A stretch of DNA of 64,000 nucleotides from Hydrurus foetidus (Eukaryota): assembly GCA_900617105.1 (NCBI GenBank), contig UYFQ01000001.1, forward strand, positions 2,666,001-2,730,000, given 5' to 3'. The notes beneath the pieces were generated by a model, which searched no databases, was not told the DNA's origin, and was given only the letters and a program-made list of their open reading frames with translations. The translations under genes were made by a program, and so were the position numbers. Shown here piece by piece: positions 40,319 to 51,099 of this stretch (position 1 is its first letter; every line of letters starts with the position of its first letter).

Positions 40319-40855
40319 TTACGCTGCTACAGCTTCGGCTGGGGCTTCGCTTGGGACTTCGACTGCGCCGCCGCCTTTTTTCTCCGCCAACGCACCCAGC
40401 ACAATGGCTGTACGCGAAATAGGCGACATCAAGAGGCCACAAATCTGAGCCAGCAACACTTCTTTCGAAGGGATGCTTGCCAATTGCTTCACGCCGTTCA
40501 CGTCAAGGGTTTTACCTGCAAATGCACCACCGCGAATCACCAACTTGTCGTTGGTTTTTGCGAAGTCAGCCACCACTCTCGCGGCAGCTACTGCATCGAC
40601 AGAAAAGCCATAAATTAGCGGGCCGGTCATCTGATCGGACACAACTTCAAATGCGCTACCTGCCACAGCACGGCGCGCCAGAGTGTTCTTTAAAACACTC
40701 AGGGTCACACCGTTGCCGCGAGCTTGACTGCGCAATCGGGTCATGTCAGCGACCGTGATACCACGGTACTCCGCCATCACAAGCGTTTGAGCAATAGCTG
40801 CGAGCCCAGTCACTTCATCAATGACGGCTTGTTTCTCACTGCGATTGAGACTCAA
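40319..40855 (-). CDS. rplJ: 50S ribosomal protein L10
   Basis: [25 protein letters not shown] with TTG start. Confidence 0.98.
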   Translation of the reverse strand: MSLNRSEKQAVIDEVTGLAAIAQTLVMAEYRGITVADMTRLRSQARGNGVTLSVLKNTLARRAVAGSAFEVVSDQMTGPLIYGFSVDAVAAARVVADFAKTNDKLVIRGGAFAGKTLDVNGVKQLASIPSKEVLLAQICGLLMSPISRTAIVLGALAEKKGGGAVEVPSEAPAEAVAA

Positions 40856-40969
40856 GGTCTACTCCTTAAAAATGTGTTTTCAAATTGGCAACTTGCGCTG
40901 CAATCTTCAACACGCCATTACTCAGCGACCAACTGTTTTAAGTTTTTATACAAAACATTCAAGCAGCGG

Positions 40970-41050
40970 GTACGCCATCTGCGTTGGCTGACTTCCATTG
41001 AAGCCAATTAAGCGGCTGGTTTTAATGCCTGCCTCGCCAACGGTCTTGGA
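40970..41050 (-). promoter_or_regulatory. L10 leader (rplJ autoregulatory RNA)
   Basis: Minus strand TCCAAGACCGTTGG...TTAA...CCAACGCAGATGG matches the L10-leader pattern upstream of rplJ. Confidence 0.75.
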
Positions 41051-41125
41051 TGACCTGCCAGAGCTTTACAACCTTGGCAGCCCACCACTCTGGCCGCCCC
41101 TTTCGAGTCGACCAAATTTCTTACA

Positions 41126-41821
41126 TTAAGCCGCGATGGTCTGGGTGTCGACGCGAACGCCCACGCCCATCGTCGACGACACAGCGACCTTGCGCAGGTA
41201 AACGCCTTTGCTTGTAGCTGGTTTCGCCTTTACCAACGCATCTATCAGCGCAGCAAGGTTGCCTTGAAGCTTGTCGGTATCAAACGAGCGGCGACCAATC
41301 GTGCCGTGCACAATGCCGGCCTTGTCAACACGAAACTGCACTTGACCTGCCTTGGCGTTTCTGACTGCAGTGGCGACATCAGGCGTTACCGTACCGACTT
41401 TAGGGTTGGGCATCATGCCGCGTGGGCCCAAAATTTGGCCCAACGTGCCCACGATACGCATCGCATCTGGCGAAGCGATCACGACGTCAAAATCCATCTT
41501 GCCAGCTTTGATGTCTGCAGCCAAGTCGTCCATGCCGACAATGTCAGCGCCTGCGGCTTTGGCTTCGTCAGCCTTTGCGCCTTGCGCAAACACGGCAACG
41601 CGCTTGGTTTTACCTGTGCCGTTTGGCAGTACAACCGCACCACGAACTACCTGGTCTGACTTCTTGGCGTCAATACCGAGCTGCACGGCCACGTCGATCG
41701 ATTCATCGAACTTGGCTACTGCAAACTCTTTGACCAACCCGAGTGCGTCGCCCAATGTGTACAGCTTGTTGCTGTCAATCTTGTCGCCGACTGTTTTTTG
41801 GCGCTTAGTTAGCTTGCTCAT
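41126..41821 (-). CDS. rplA: 50S ribosomal protein L1
   Basis: [23 protein letters not shown]. Confidence 0.99.
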   Translation of the reverse strand: MSKLTKRQKTVGDKIDSNKLYTLGDALGLVKEFAVAKFDESIDVAVQLGIDAKKSDQVVRGAVVLPNGTGKTKRVAVFAQGAKADEAKAAGADIVGMDDLAADIKAGKMDFDVVIASPDAMRIVGTLGQILGPRGMMPNPKVGTVTPDVATAVRNAKAGQVQFRVDKAGIVHGTIGRRSFDTDKLQGNLAALIDALVKAKPATSKGVYLRKVAVSSTMGVGVRVDTQTIAA

Positions 41822-42252
41822 ACAACACCTTCCACCGTGACACCCATTGAGCGGGCAGAACCGGCAATAGTACGAACCGCAGCATCGAGGTCAGCAGCGG
41901 TCAAATCTTTCATTTTGTGCCTTGCAATTTCTTCAAGTTGCGCACGCGTAATCTTGCCCACCTTAACGGTGTGCGGCGTGGACGAACCTTTGTCCAGCTT
42001 GATGGCTTTCTTGATCAACGTCACAGCGGGCGCTGTTTTGATGATGAAGGTAAAGCTCTTGTCTGCAAATGCAGTGATGATCACTGGCAACGGCAGGCCG
42101 GGCTCAACGCCTTGAGTCTGGGCATTGAATGCCTTGCAGAACTCCATGATGTTCAAGCCGCGCTGACCCAAAGCCGGGCCAATCGGGGGGGACGGGTTAG
42201 CCTTACCAGCTGGCACTTGCAGCTTGATGAAGCCGACGATTTTTTTCGCCAT
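41818..42252 (-). CDS. rplK: 50S ribosomal protein L11
   Basis: [39 protein letters not shown]. Confidence 0.99.
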   Translation of the reverse strand: MAKKIVGFIKLQVPAGKANPSPPIGPALGQRGLNIMEFCKAFNAQTQGVEPGLPLPVIITAFADKSFTFIIKTAPAVTLIKKAIKLDKGSSTPHTVKVGKITRAQLEEIARHKMKDLTAADLDAAVRTIAGSARSMGVTVEGVV

Positions 42253-42265
42253 ACTTTTCTCCTTG

Positions 42266-42313
42266 CGGGTAATAGCGCCTGGCACCTGTCAAAACAGCTC
42301 CAGGCTTCCCGGG
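42266..42313 (-). promoter_or_regulatory. L1-binding hairpin in the rplK leader
   Basis: GGGAAGCCTGG...CCAGGCGCTATTACCC immediately before the rplK RBS, resembling the L1 mRNA operator. Confidence 0.65.
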
Positions 42314-42373
42314 GGTTACACAACTCAAAAAGGTTTTTTCAAACCCACTGCACCGAGTTGCAAAGTGCAGACT

Positions 42374-42413
42374 TACCTAAATACCTAAATACCTAAATAC
42401 CTAAATACCTAAA
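42374..42413. repeat. Octamer tandem repeat (TACCTAAA)x5 between nusG and rplK
   Basis: Five perfect copies. Confidence 0.95.
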
Positions 42414-42432
42414 ACTCTATTTGAGGCTTTAC

Positions 42433-43029
42433 TTAAGTCTTTTCAATCTGGCTGAATTCCAGCTCCACCGGCGTTGCACGTCCAAAAATGGTGACTGACA
42501 CACGCACTTTGTTCTTGTCGTAATTGACCTCTTCAACCGTTCCGTTGAAATCGGTGAACGGGCCGTCTTTGACGCGGATGTATTCACCAGTTTCAAACTC
42601 GACCTTGTGGCGCGGCTTTTCTGTGCCGACCTGCATTTGGTTAACGATTTTCTGAACGTCATCCTCGGAAATAGGCGATGGGCGGTTTTTAGCACCACCT
42701 ACAAAGCCAGTGACCTTGTTCGTGTGCTTGACCAAGTGCCAGCTCTCGTCGTCCATCGTCATTTCAACCAGCACATAGCCAGGGAAAAAGCGGCGCTCAG
42801 TGGTTTTTTTCTGGCCGTTTTTAATCTCGACAACTTCTTCAGTTGGAACTAAAAAACGACCAAATTTCGACTGCATGCCTGCGCGGTTGATTCGCTCGGT
42901 GATGTTGCGCTCGACCGCTTTTTCCATGCCGGAATAAGCGTGAACCACATACCAATTCATTCCGGCGGCTGGTGTCAGCGAGGCACCCAACTGGACTTCG
43001 TTAACCACAATACTGTTGAGATCGCTCAT
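42433..43029 (-). CDS. nusG: Transcription termination/antitermination factor NusG
   Basis: [22 protein letters not shown] domain GPFTDFNG...[10 protein letters not shown]. Confidence 0.98.
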   Translation of the reverse strand: MSDLNSIVVNEVQLGASLTPAAGMNWYVVHAYSGMEKAVERNITERINRAGMQSKFGRFLVPTEEVVEIKNGQKKTTERRFFPGYVLVEMTMDDESWHLVKHTNKVTGFVGGAKNRPSPISEDDVQKIVNQMQVGTEKPRHKVEFETGEYIRVKDGPFTDFNGTVEEVNYDKNKVRVSVTIFGRATPVELEFSQIEKT

Positions 43030-43412
43030 TACTTTTTCCATCCCAATAGCAAGTCGTAAAACACCCATTCGAGCAGCTTGTCAGTTGTCCACAAAAAGAG
43101 TGCCATTACCACCACAAAAGCAAAAACGTAGGCGGTCATTTGCATGGCTTCTTTACGAGCAGGCCAAACCACTTTTTTAACTTCTCGAACGGAGTCACGC
43201 CCAAAAGCAAGGAACTGTCGCCCAGTTTCAGACGACAGAAACAACACGACCGCCGCAACCAAGCCCGCTACCAGCGCGCCCCATTGTGCAATTTGGCCTT
43301 GCTTGGCTAGCAGGTAAAAGCCAACCAAAGAGCCAAGAACCAAAGCTATTGACAAACCCAACTTGGCTTTGTCTGCGGTGGTACTGACGGTTTCAACTTG
43401 AGTAGAGGCCAT
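43029..43412 (-). CDS. secE: Preprotein translocase subunit SecE
   Basis: Three TM helices, EVKKVVWP. Confidence 0.97.
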   Translation of the reverse strand: MASTQVETVSTTADKAKLGLSIALVLGSLVGFYLLAKQGQIAQWGALVAGLVAAVVLFLSSETGRQFLAFGRDSVREVKKVVWPARKEAMQMTAYVFAFVVVMALFLWTTDKLLEWVFYDLLLGWKK

Positions 43413-43568
43413 AACTGCCGCGATTCCTGTTCAATCTACACACGCCAAAAGAAACAACTTCTTGAAGCGTTACGGCCCGCCTGAAGTTTTTCACTCCAAG
43501 CGGGCCTTTTTATTCTCTCTAAACCACCTGCGCCATTGAAACGCTAGCGACCCGTATCAACAGCCAAG

Positions 43569-43644
43569 TGGCAGGGGCAGTAAGAATCGAACTTACAACC
43601 TTCGGTTTTGGAGACCGACGCTCTGCCAATTGAGCTATACCCCT
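43569..43644 (-). tRNA. tRNA-Trp (CCA)
   Basis: AGGGGTATAGCTCAATTGGCAGAGCGTCGGTCTCCAAAACCGAAGGTTGTAAGTTCGATTCTTACTGCCCCTGCCA. Confidence 0.97.
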
Positions 43645-43667
43645 ATGAAAAAACCTTTAATGGTCAA

Positions 43668-44858
43668 TTACGCAATAATCTTCGCAACCACGCCAGCACC
43701 CACGGTCTTGCCACCTTCACGGATAGCAAAGCGCAAGCCCTCTTCCATCGCAATCGGGTTGATCAGCTTGACCGTGATGCTCACGTTGTCGCCCGGCATC
43801 ACCATCTCTTTGCCTTCTGGCAACTCAATCGCACCGGTCACGTCCGTTGTGCGGAAGTAGAACTGGGGGCGGTAGTTGTTGAAGAACGGCGTGTGGCGAC
43901 CACCTTCGTCTTTGGACAAGACATAGATCTCGCCCGTGAAGTGGGTGTGGGGCTTGATTGAGCCTGGCTTGCACAACACTTGACCACGCTGGACGTCTTC
44001 GCGCTTGGTGCCGCGAAGCAAGATACCGACGTTGTCACCTGCCTGGCCCTGGTCGAGCAGTTTGCGGAACATCTCGACACCGGTGCAAATGGTCTTTTGG
44101 GTATCGGCAATACCGACGATTTCGATCTCTTCGCCGACTTTGACCACACCGCGCTCGATACGGCCAGTCACCACGGTGCCGCGACCGGAGATGGAGAACA
44201 CGTCTTCAACAGGCATCAGGAAGGCGCCGTCAATGGCGCGCTTAGGCATCGGGATGTAAGTGTCCAGTGCGTCGGCCAGCTTCATGATGGCTTCTTCGCC
44301 CAACGGGCCTTTGTCGCCTTCCATGGCTAATTTTGCTGAGCCGTGGATGATCGGGGTGTCGTCGCCTGGGAAGTCGTATTTGTCGAGCAGCTCGCGAACT
44401 TCCATTTCAACCAGTTCCAGCAGCTCTGCGTCGTCAACCATGTCGCATTTGTTCAAAAACACGATGATGTAAGGAACGCCCACCTGACGAGCCAACAAAA
44501 TGTGCTCGCGGGTTTGGGGCATTGGGCCGTCAGCGGCGGAACACACCAAAATAGCGCCGTCCATCTGGGCAGCACCAGTGATCATGTTCTTGACATAGTC
44601 GGCGTGGCCTGGGCAGTCTACGTGGGCGTAGTGGCGATTAGCCGTCTCGTACTCGACGTGGGCAGTATTAATCGTGATGCCGCGGGCTTTTTCTTCTGGT
44701 GCTGCGTCAATTTGGTCGTAGCCTTTGGCTTCGCCGCCGAACTTGGCTGCCAGCACGGTGGTGATTGCTGCGGTCAGCGTGGTCTTGCCGTGGTCGACGT
44801 GGCCAATCGTGCCGACGTTGACGTGCGGTTTGGTCCGCTCAAATTTGCCTTTTGCCAT
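43668..44858 (-). CDS. tuf: Elongation factor Tu
   Basis: [20 protein letters not shown]. Confidence 0.99.
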   Translation of the reverse strand: MAKGKFERTKPHVNVGTIGHVDHGKTTLTAAITTVLAAKFGGEAKGYDQIDAAPEEKARGITINTAHVEYETANRHYAHVDCPGHADYVKNMITGAAQMDGAILVCSAADGPMPQTREHILLARQVGVPYIIVFLNKCDMVDDAELLELVEMEVRELLDKYDFPGDDTPIIHGSAKLAMEGDKGPLGEEAIMKLADALDTYIPMPKRAIDGAFLMPVEDVFSISGRGTVVTGRIERGVVKVGEEIEIVGIADTQKTICTGVEMFRKLLDQGQAGDNVGILLRGTKREDVQRGQVLCKPGSIKPHTHFTGEIYVLSKDEGGRHTPFFNNYRPQFYFRTTDVTGAIELPEGKEMVMPGDNVSITVKLINPIAMEEGLRFAIREGGKTVGAGVVAKIIA

Positions 44859-44948
44859 TTCAAATACTCCGAAAATTTATGAAGCTATGCGCATCAAATC
44901 AACCAAAACTCACGGCCGCTGCAAACAACTGCGGCAACCCACTAAAAC

Positions 44949-45023
44949 TGGTGCCCATTCCGGGAATCGGACCCGGGACCTCTCCCTTACCAAGGGAGTG
45001 CTCTGCCACTGAGCCAAATGGGC
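44949..45023 (-). tRNA. tRNA-Thr (GGT)
   Basis: GCCCATTTGGCTCAGTGGCAGAGCACTCCCTTGGTAAGGGAGAGGTCCCGGGTCCGATTCCCGGAATGGGCACCA. Confidence 0.95.
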
Positions 45024-45066
45024 TAAAAAACTCTCAAAACAACTACTTCAAAACCGCATTTGCTCA

Positions 45067-45140
45067 TGGAGCGGGAGACGGGAATCGAACCCGCGTCATT
45101 AGCTTGGAAGGCTAGGGTTCTACCATTGAACTACTCCCGC
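45067..45140 (-). tRNA. tRNA-Gly (TCC)
   Basis: GCGGGAGTAGTTCAATGGTAGAACCCTAGCCTTCCAAGCTAATGACGCGGGTTCGATTCCCGTCTCCCGCTCCA. Confidence 0.97.
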
Positions 45141-45162
45141 ACAATTGCAAAGTGCAGCTAAC

Positions 45163-45248
45163 TGGTGGATGAGGCTGGATTCGAACCAGCGTACGCGTTA
45201 GCGAGCAGATTTACAGTCTGCCTCCTTTAGCCACTCGGACACCCATCC
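45163..45248 (-). tRNA. tRNA-Tyr (GTA)
   Basis: GGATGGGTGTCCGAGTGGCTAAAGGAGGCAGACTGTAAATCTGCT...GGTTCGAATCCAGCCTCATCCACCA with a long variable arm. Confidence 0.96.
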
Positions 45249-45357
45249 ATCGAAAGAACCTAATATTATGCCATGCTTTTGTGACTTCTGACTACCGCAG
45301 GGGGCGATGAAATGCGTCATTTGCCGTTTTGGTCGAAAACGCCAAAACTAGGGCATT

Positions 45358-45422
45358 TTTGAGGGTGTTTTGCCTCTTTCGCGCAATGAATACGGGCGCG
45401 AGCAAATACTAGTTTTATAGCA
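45358..45422 (-). repeat. Dispersed ~65-bp element, copy 5 (between ung and the tRNA-tuf operon)
   Basis: Reverse complement tgctataaaactagtatttgctcgcgcccgtattcattgcgcgaaagaggcaaaacaccctcaaa. Confidence 0.78.
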
Positions 45423-45443
45423 AAAATAATTGCAGAAAAAAGA

Positions 45444-46145
45444 TCATTTGGCTTGCCGCCACGCCTTGGCCTTAGAAAAGTGCCCGCAGCCGGTAAAAGG
45501 CAGAGGCGGGCGCAGTGCCGACAGCGGCGACGGGTGATTTGCCAATAAAACGGTGTGGCGTGCCTCGTCAATCAAGGCGCGTTTGCTTTGCGCATGCGCG
45601 CCCCACAGCATGAAAAGCAAGGGTTTAGGCCCGCTACAGACGTGCGAAATGACGGCATCCGTCAATACCTCCCACCCCCGCTTTGCATGGCTGGCCGGCT
45701 GGCCCTCTTCGACCGTCAAGCAGGTATTGAGCAGCAAAACCCCGCTTTTGGCCCAACTTGCCAAACTGCCGCCCGGGGCCGGAAAAGCCGGCGGCGGCTT
45801 GCCCAAATCGCGCTGAATTTCTTTGAAAATATTGCGCAATGATGGGGGCAGCGGCACGCCAGGCGCAACAGAAAAGGCCAACCCCTCGGCCTGGCCGCGC
45901 CCGTGGTATGGGTCCTGGCCCAAGATGACCACCTGAACATCTTCCGGCGGGGTCAGCGCCAGGGCGCGAAGCGGCTGCGGCGGGAAAATAGCAACCCCGG
46001 CTGCCAGCCGCGCCGACAAAAAATCGCGCAAATTTAAACCTGCCGCGCTGCTGAAAAAGTCATCCACCAGCTGTTGCCAGCCAGGTGCTACTGCCCAGTC
46101 AGCCGGATTGGCGCTGGCGAGCTGATCGACTTGGTTAAAAAGCAT
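45444..46145 (-). CDS. ung: Uracil-DNA glycosylase
   Basis: GQDPYH, GVLLLN, HPSPLS. Confidence 0.96.
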   Translation of the reverse strand: MLFNQVDQLASANPADWAVAPGWQQLVDDFFSSAAGLNLRDFLSARLAAGVAIFPPQPLRALALTPPEDVQVVILGQDPYHGRGQAEGLAFSVAPGVPLPPSLRNIFKEIQRDLGKPPPAFPAPGGSLASWAKSGVLLLNTCLTVEEGQPASHAKRGWEVLTDAVISHVCSGPKPLLFMLWGAHAQSKRALIDEARHTVLLANHPSPLSALRPPLPFTGCGHFSKAKAWRQAK

Positions 46146-46172
46146 TGGCAAAGCAAATGCGATAGCTGGATG

Positions 46173-46964
46173 CTATTGACCAAACAATTCAGATAGCGCC
46201 AGTCCCGGTTCGTCGGCGCGCATGAAAGCTTCGCCGACCAAAAACGCGTTGATGTGGGCGCTGAGCAGGCGTTTAACGTCATCGTGCGTAGCAATGCCTG
46301 ACTCAGTCACCAAAATACGGTCAGCAGGTACGCTTTTCATCAAACTCAAAGTGGTGTCCAAAGACACCTCAAAGGTTTTCAGGTTGCGATTGTTGATGCC
46401 GATCAGCGGCGTTTTCAGCTTCAAGGCGCTCTCCAGCTCGGCCGCATCGTGCACCTCCACCAGCACCGCCATGTCGAGCGACATGGCAAGCCGCTCCATG
46501 TCGCGCATTTGGGCGTCGTCCAGCACAGCTGCAATCAACAAAATGCAGTCTGCGCCCATCACGCGCGATTCATAAATTTGGTACGCGTCGATCATGAAGT
46601 CTTTGCGCAGCGCGGGCAGGCTGCAAGATGCGCGCGCCTGCTTGAAATACTCGACGCTGCCCTGGAAAAACTGCTGGTCAGTGAGTACTGACAAACACGC
46701 TGCGCCATATTCAGCATAGCTTTGTGCAATGTCTGCGGGAATAAAGTCGGCACGCAAAACGCCTTTGGATGGGCTGGCTTTTTTGACTTCGGCAATCACG
46801 GCGGGTTTGCCAGCGGCTATCTTGATTTTGAGGGCGCCCACAAAGTCCCGCGTCAACACGCGAGATTCAGCGTCCGCGCGCATGGCGGCCAGTGGTTTTT
46901 GCTGAACCAAAGCAGCCACTTCTTCGCGCTTGACAGTAATGATTTTGTCGAGAATGTCGGACAT
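46173..46964 (-). CDS. trpC: Indole-3-glycerol phosphate synthase
   Basis: [28 protein letters not shown]. Confidence 0.97.
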   Translation of the reverse strand: MSDILDKIITVKREEVAALVQQKPLAAMRADAESRVLTRDFVGALKIKIAAGKPAVIAEVKKASPSKGVLRADFIPADIAQSYAEYGAACLSVLTDQQFFQGSVEYFKQARASCSLPALRKDFMIDAYQIYESRVMGADCILLIAAVLDDAQMRDMERLAMSLDMAVLVEVHDAAELESALKLKTPLIGINNRNLKTFEVSLDTTLSLMKSVPADRILVTESGIATHDDVKRLLSAHINAFLVGEAFMRADEPGLALSELFGQ

Positions 46965-46969
46965 GATTT

Positions 46970-48013
46970 TTAACTCGCCAATTGTTGGGTGGTAGAAACT
47001 AGCAACTGCAATCGAGCCATAGCCGCCCCAGATGCCAAGACCGCCCGCGCCAGATCAACACCCTCCTTCATCGACCCCGCCACATTGGCCGCATACAGCG
47101 CAGCCCCGGCGTTCAAAATCACGATGTCACGCGCTGGGCCTGCGTGGTTGTCCAGTACGCCCAGAAGCATCGCTTTGGACTCCTCGGCAGTATCGACCCG
47201 CAGCGCGCGACTGCTGGCCATCGTAAAGCCAAAGTCTTCAGGGTGAATTTCGTATTCGGTGATTTCCCCGTTCTTCAACTCGCCCACAACTGTGGCCGCA
47301 CCCAAACTGACTTCATCCAAGCCGTCTTTGCCATACACCACCAGTGCATGCTCAGCGCCCAGGCGCTGCAGCGCGCGGATTTGAATGCCCACCAGATCAG
47401 GGTGAAAAACACCCATCAAAATATTCGGCGCGCTGGCCGGGTTGGTCAGCGGGCCCAAGATATTAAATATGGTTCTGACGCCCAGTTCTTTGCGGATAGG
47501 CGCTACGGATTTCATAGCGGGGTGGTGATTAGGCGCAAACATAAAGCCCACGCCAACTTGCTCAATGCACTTTGCAATCGCATCTGGCGACAAATTGATG
47601 TTGATGCCGAGCGCCTCCATCACGTCTGCGCTGCCCGACTTGCTGCTGACGCTTCGCCCGCCGTGCTTGCTGACTTTGGCGCCCGCCGCCGCCGCCACAA
47701 ACATCGAACAAGTAGAGATGTTGAAGGTGTGGGAGCCGTCGCCGCCGGTTCCCACAATGTCGACCAGATGGGTTTTGTCGGCTACGTTCACCTTGGTGGA
47801 GAATTCGCGCATCACCTGCGCAGCAGCGGTGATTTCGCCAATCGTTTCCTTCTTGACGCGCAGCCCGGTAATCAACGCTGCCATCATCACAGGCGACATC
47901 TCGCCACCCATGATGAGCCGCATCAGGTGCAGCATTTCGTCATGGAAAATTTCGCGGTGTTCGATGGTGCGCTGCAGCGCTTGGCTGGCGGTAATCTTGT
48001 GTGAGTTGGGCAT
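46970..48013 (-). CDS. trpD: Anthranilate phosphoribosyltransferase
   Basis: [32 protein letters not shown] at 48013 preferred. Confidence 0.97.
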   Translation of the reverse strand: MPNSHKITASQALQRTIEHREIFHDEMLHLMRLIMGGEMSPVMMAALITGLRVKKETIGEITAAAQVMREFSTKVNVADKTHLVDIVGTGGDGSHTFNISTCSMFVAAAAGAKVSKHGGRSVSSKSGSADVMEALGININLSPDAIAKCIEQVGVGFMFAPNHHPAMKSVAPIRKELGVRTIFNILGPLTNPASAPNILMGVFHPDLVGIQIRALQRLGAEHALVVYGKDGLDEVSLGAATVVGELKNGEITEYEIHPEDFGFTMASSRALRVDTAEESKAMLLGVLDNHAGPARDIVILNAGAALYAANVAGSMKEGVDLARAVLASGAAMARLQLLVSTTQQLAS

Positions 48014-48065
48014 GGGCAATATCTTGTTTGAATTTTTTTTCGGTATTTGCAATTATCGATAAGCG

Positions 48066-49121
48066 CTAAATTGACGCTTTGAAGAACGCTCGAATGACAT
48101 CTATCGCACGGTCAACGCCTGGTGCATCGACATCCAGATGAGTTACAAAACGCAGCCGGTACAAGCCCGTTGCCTGAATGCCGTTGACTGCCAAATGCTT
48201 GAGCAGCGCAGCTGACCGGGCCTTGGCATCGCCCGTCAAATCCACAAACACAATATTGGTTTGCGGCGCTTCAACGGCCAAGCCGTCAATGCCCGCCAAC
48301 CCGGCAGCAAGACGTTTAGCCAGCGCGTGGTCGTCTGCCAGCCGGTTGATGTGGTGGTCTAGCGCGTAAGACGCTGCAGCCGCCAACCCACCCGCCTGGC
48401 GCATGCCGCCACCGGCCATTTTGCGAATGCGGTGCGCGCGTGCGATGAAATCTTTTGAGCCGCACAGCGCCGAGCCCACAGGCGCGCCCAAACCTTTGCT
48501 GAAGCAAACCGACACACTGTCAAAACACTGGGCGATGCGGCGCGCTTCGTCTGTTGCGTTGCGGCCAGTTAAAGCGGCCTGCGCAACGGCAGCATTAAAA
48601 AGCCGCGCGCCGTCGAGGTGACGGGTCAGCCCTTTGCTTTTAGCCAAATCAGTTGCAGCTTGAACGTACTCAAACGGCAGCAACTTGCCGCCCAGCGTGT
48701 TTTCAAGTGTGAGCAGACGGGTACGTGCAAAGTGCGCGTCGTCGGGTTTGATGGCGGCTTCAATATCAACTAGTGCCAGCGTGCCGTCGCTTTGGTGATT
48801 CAAAGGTTGCGGCTGCACACTGCCAAACACCGCTGCGCCGCCGCCTTCCCACCGGTAGGCGTGCGCCATTTGGCCAACGATGTATTCGTCACCGCGCTGG
48901 CAGTGGCTGAGCACTGCACACAAGTTGCTTTGCGTGCCTGTGGGCACAAACAGCGCAGCCTCAAAGCCCAGCAGGGCCGCAATTTTCTCTTGCAGCGCGT
49001 TCACGCTCGGGTCACCCGCAAACACGTCGTCGCCCAGCGGCGCGGCGTGCATGGCGGCGCGCATCGCTTCAGTCGGCTGGGTGACGGTATCGCTGCGTAA
49101 ATCAGTGTTTTTTATGGTCAT
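48066..49121 (-). CDS. ltaE: Low-specificity L-threonine aldolase
   Basis: DLRSDTVT, HLDGARLFNA, CFSKGLGAPVGS, GGGMRQAG. Confidence 0.94.
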   Translation of the reverse strand: MTIKNTDLRSDTVTQPTEAMRAAMHAAPLGDDVFAGDPSVNALQEKIAALLGFEAALFVPTGTQSNLCAVLSHCQRGDEYIVGQMAHAYRWEGGGAAVFGSVQPQPLNHQSDGTLALVDIEAAIKPDDAHFARTRLLTLENTLGGKLLPFEYVQAATDLAKSKGLTRHLDGARLFNAAVAQAALTGRNATDEARRIAQCFDSVSVCFSKGLGAPVGSALCGSKDFIARAHRIRKMAGGGMRQAGGLAAAASYALDHHINRLADDHALAKRLAAGLAGIDGLAVEAPQTNIVFVDLTGDAKARSAALLKHLAVNGIQATGLYRLRFVTHLDVDAPGVDRAIDVIRAFFKASI

Positions 49122-49174
49122 TTTGGCTTTTAGCCCAATATTTATGGGCGTGAGCAGCTATTGAAATAATAGTA
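49110..49174 (-). repeat. Dispersed ~65-bp element, copy 6 (fills the trpG-ltaE spacer and includes the ltaE ATG)
   Basis: Reverse complement tactattatttcaatagctgctcacgcccataaatattgggctaaaagccaaaATGaccataaaa. Confidence 0.85.
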
Positions 49175-49178
49175 ACAT

Positions 49179-49769
49179 TCATGCTGCCTGAACGAGGAAA
49201 TTCTTGAGCATCGCATGGCCATGCTCGGTCAGTATCGATTCAGGGTGAAACTGCACGCCCTCAATCGGCAGTGTTTTGTGCCGCACCCCCATGATTTCGC
49301 CGTCTTCCGTCCAAGCGGTTACTTCCAGCACATCGGGGCAAGTTGATTTTTCAATCGCCAGCGAATGGTAGCGATTGACGGTGAACTGTTTGGGCAACCC
49401 AGCGAACACGCCAAGTTGGGTGGTGGTGATGGCGCTGGTTTTGCCGTGCATCAGTTCTTGCGCGCGAATGATGTTGCCGCCGAACGCCGCGCCGATAGCC
49501 TGGTGGCCCAAGCACACGCCGAGTATCGGCAGCTTGCCCGCAAAGTGCTCGATGGCTGCAACTGAAATACCGGCTTCAAGCGGAGAGCATGGGCCGGGCG
49601 ACACCACCAGGCGGTCAGGCTTTTTGGCAGCGATTTGCTCGATGGTGATTTCGTCGTTGCGAAACACTTCCACGTCAGCCCCCAGCTCGCCAAAATACTG
49701 CACGATGTTGTACGTAAAGCTGTCGTAGTTGTCGATCATTAAAAGTTTGATGCGTTGGCGGGTTTCCAT
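49179..49769 (-). CDS. trpG: Anthranilate synthase component II (glutamine amidotransferase)
   Basis: [28 protein letters not shown]. Confidence 0.95.
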   Translation of the reverse strand: METRQRIKLLMIDNYDSFTYNIVQYFGELGADVEVFRNDEITIEQIAAKKPDRLVVSPGPCSPLEAGISVAAIEHFAGKLPILGVCLGHQAIGAAFGGNIIRAQELMHGKTSAITTTQLGVFAGLPKQFTVNRYHSLAIEKSTCPDVLEVTAWTEDGEIMGVRHKTLPIEGVQFHPESILTEHGHAMLKNFLVQAA

Positions 49770-49839
49770 GCTTTTAGCTCCTGGTGCGAACAAATTATTG
49801 ACGTAGTCGAATGCTGAGTTTCATTGCGCGCTGGCGGCC

Positions 49840-51099
49840 TTAGGACTGCAAAGGCGCCGCGGTCGCTTTAGCGCTGCGGTCAGGGCCAAGCGCACCAAAG
49901 CCGGCAACAATCACAAGTGCCAGCCAAGCGTAGCTGGCGGTACCAGCGGCGTCCATGCTCCAGCCCGCCAGCACCGGGCCGATGGCAGAACCCACACAAA
50001 ACAAAATCGACGTTTCGCTCAGCGCCTGGGCCATGCTGCAAGCGCGCTTGGCGGCGCTTTCGGTCGCCGCCACGATGGCCAGCGTCAGCGTGCAGGGCGC
50101 GACCACGCCGAGCAGCACCACCGCCAGCCAGAGTAACCACACCGAAACAGCTGAAGCGGCAGCATCACTGCCGCGAAAATAATGCGCTGCGCCTAAGACC
50201 AGCACGCCCGCCACGCCGATAACAGCCGCATAGCGCACGCAGCGCTTGAGCCCCAACCGGTCGCAGGCCACGCCCAACGGGGTTTGCGTCAAAATGCCGG
50301 CCACGCCAAATACAGTCAGCGCCAACGCCGCCATTCGGCTGTCAAAACCCTCGCGGGTGAGGTAAATAGGCAGCATGCCAAACAACACGCCGTCGACCAA
50401 GCCTGACAACAGCGCGACGCGGTAAACCGATGAGCTTGACGCGCCCCGCACCAGTCGCATCAGTGTGGCCGCAGCCATGCGACTCATGCTGCTGCGCACC
50501 GCCTTCTGGTCGGCGGCAGGCGCCTGTTGTACGGCTGCGCCCCACAACGGAATGGCCGCCAGCGCTGCAAACACGGCGCCCAGATAAAAGCCATAAGCCA
50601 GTGCAACACCCACCAGCGTCAGCAAGGCAGCACCTGCCGTTTGGCCCACGCCAATCACGGTTTCGTGCACGCCCACTACCCGCCCGCGCTGGGCGTGGTC
50701 TACCGCGCTGTAAAGCCAGCTTTCGTTGGCGATCCAGCGTATGCCGATGGCAAGGCCCAGCGCAAACGCGAGTGCACCCCAAGGCAGCACCTGCGGGGGC
50801 GCAACGCTCATGGCCAGCGACGTTACTGCCGTAAGCATGCACGACACCATGACCAACGCTCGGGCACTTAACCGTGACTGCCACAGCGGCGTGAACAAGT
50901 TGCCCAGCAGCACGCCTAGCCAGAGAAAGGAGCCGATCAAACCAATCTGCGTGGCGCCGACCCCGCGGGCGTCAAGCCACAATGTGACCAGCGGGTACAA
51001 CAGCCCTACTTGAGCCAAATGCGCAAAGCCAGACACGGCGTTAAGCCGCAGCACCAGAGCCCGCGCCGCCAGCCGCTGCACCTCAATTGGCGAGGTCAC
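49840..51099 (-). CDS. MFS transporter (YcaD-like)
   Basis: About 12 hydrophobic helices, ESWL...RGRVVG, GVACDRLG; GTGA overlap with the trpE stop. Confidence 0.8.
   Translation of the reverse strand: MTSPIEVQRLAARALVLRLNAVSGFAHLAQVGLLYPLVTLWLDARGVGATQIGLIGSFLWLGVLLGNLFTPLWQSRLSARALVMVSCMLTAVTSLAMSVAPPQVLPWGALAFALGLAIGIRWIANESWLYSAVDHAQRGRVVGVHETVIGVGQTAGAALLTLVGVALAYGFYLGAVFAALAAIPLWGAAVQQAPAADQKAVRSSMSRMAAATLMRLVRGASSSSVYRVALLSGLVDGVLFGMLPIYLTREGFDSRMAALALTVFGVAGILTQTPLGVACDRLGLKRCVRYAAVIGVAGVLVLGAAHYFRGSDAAASAVSVWLLWLAVVLLGVVAPCTLTLAIVAATESAAKRACSMAQALSETSILFCVGSAIGPVLAGWSMDAAGTASYAWLALVIVAGFGALGPDRSAKATAAPLQS

Noticed and set aside
31236..44882. Many antisense or overlapping ORFs in rpoBC, rpl genes and tuf
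   Set aside because: Shadow frames of conserved genes with no independent evidence
42358..45157. 13-bp match TTGCAAAGTGCAG at 42358 and 45145
   Set aside because: Only two short copies with no shared flanks; cannot be distinguished from chance
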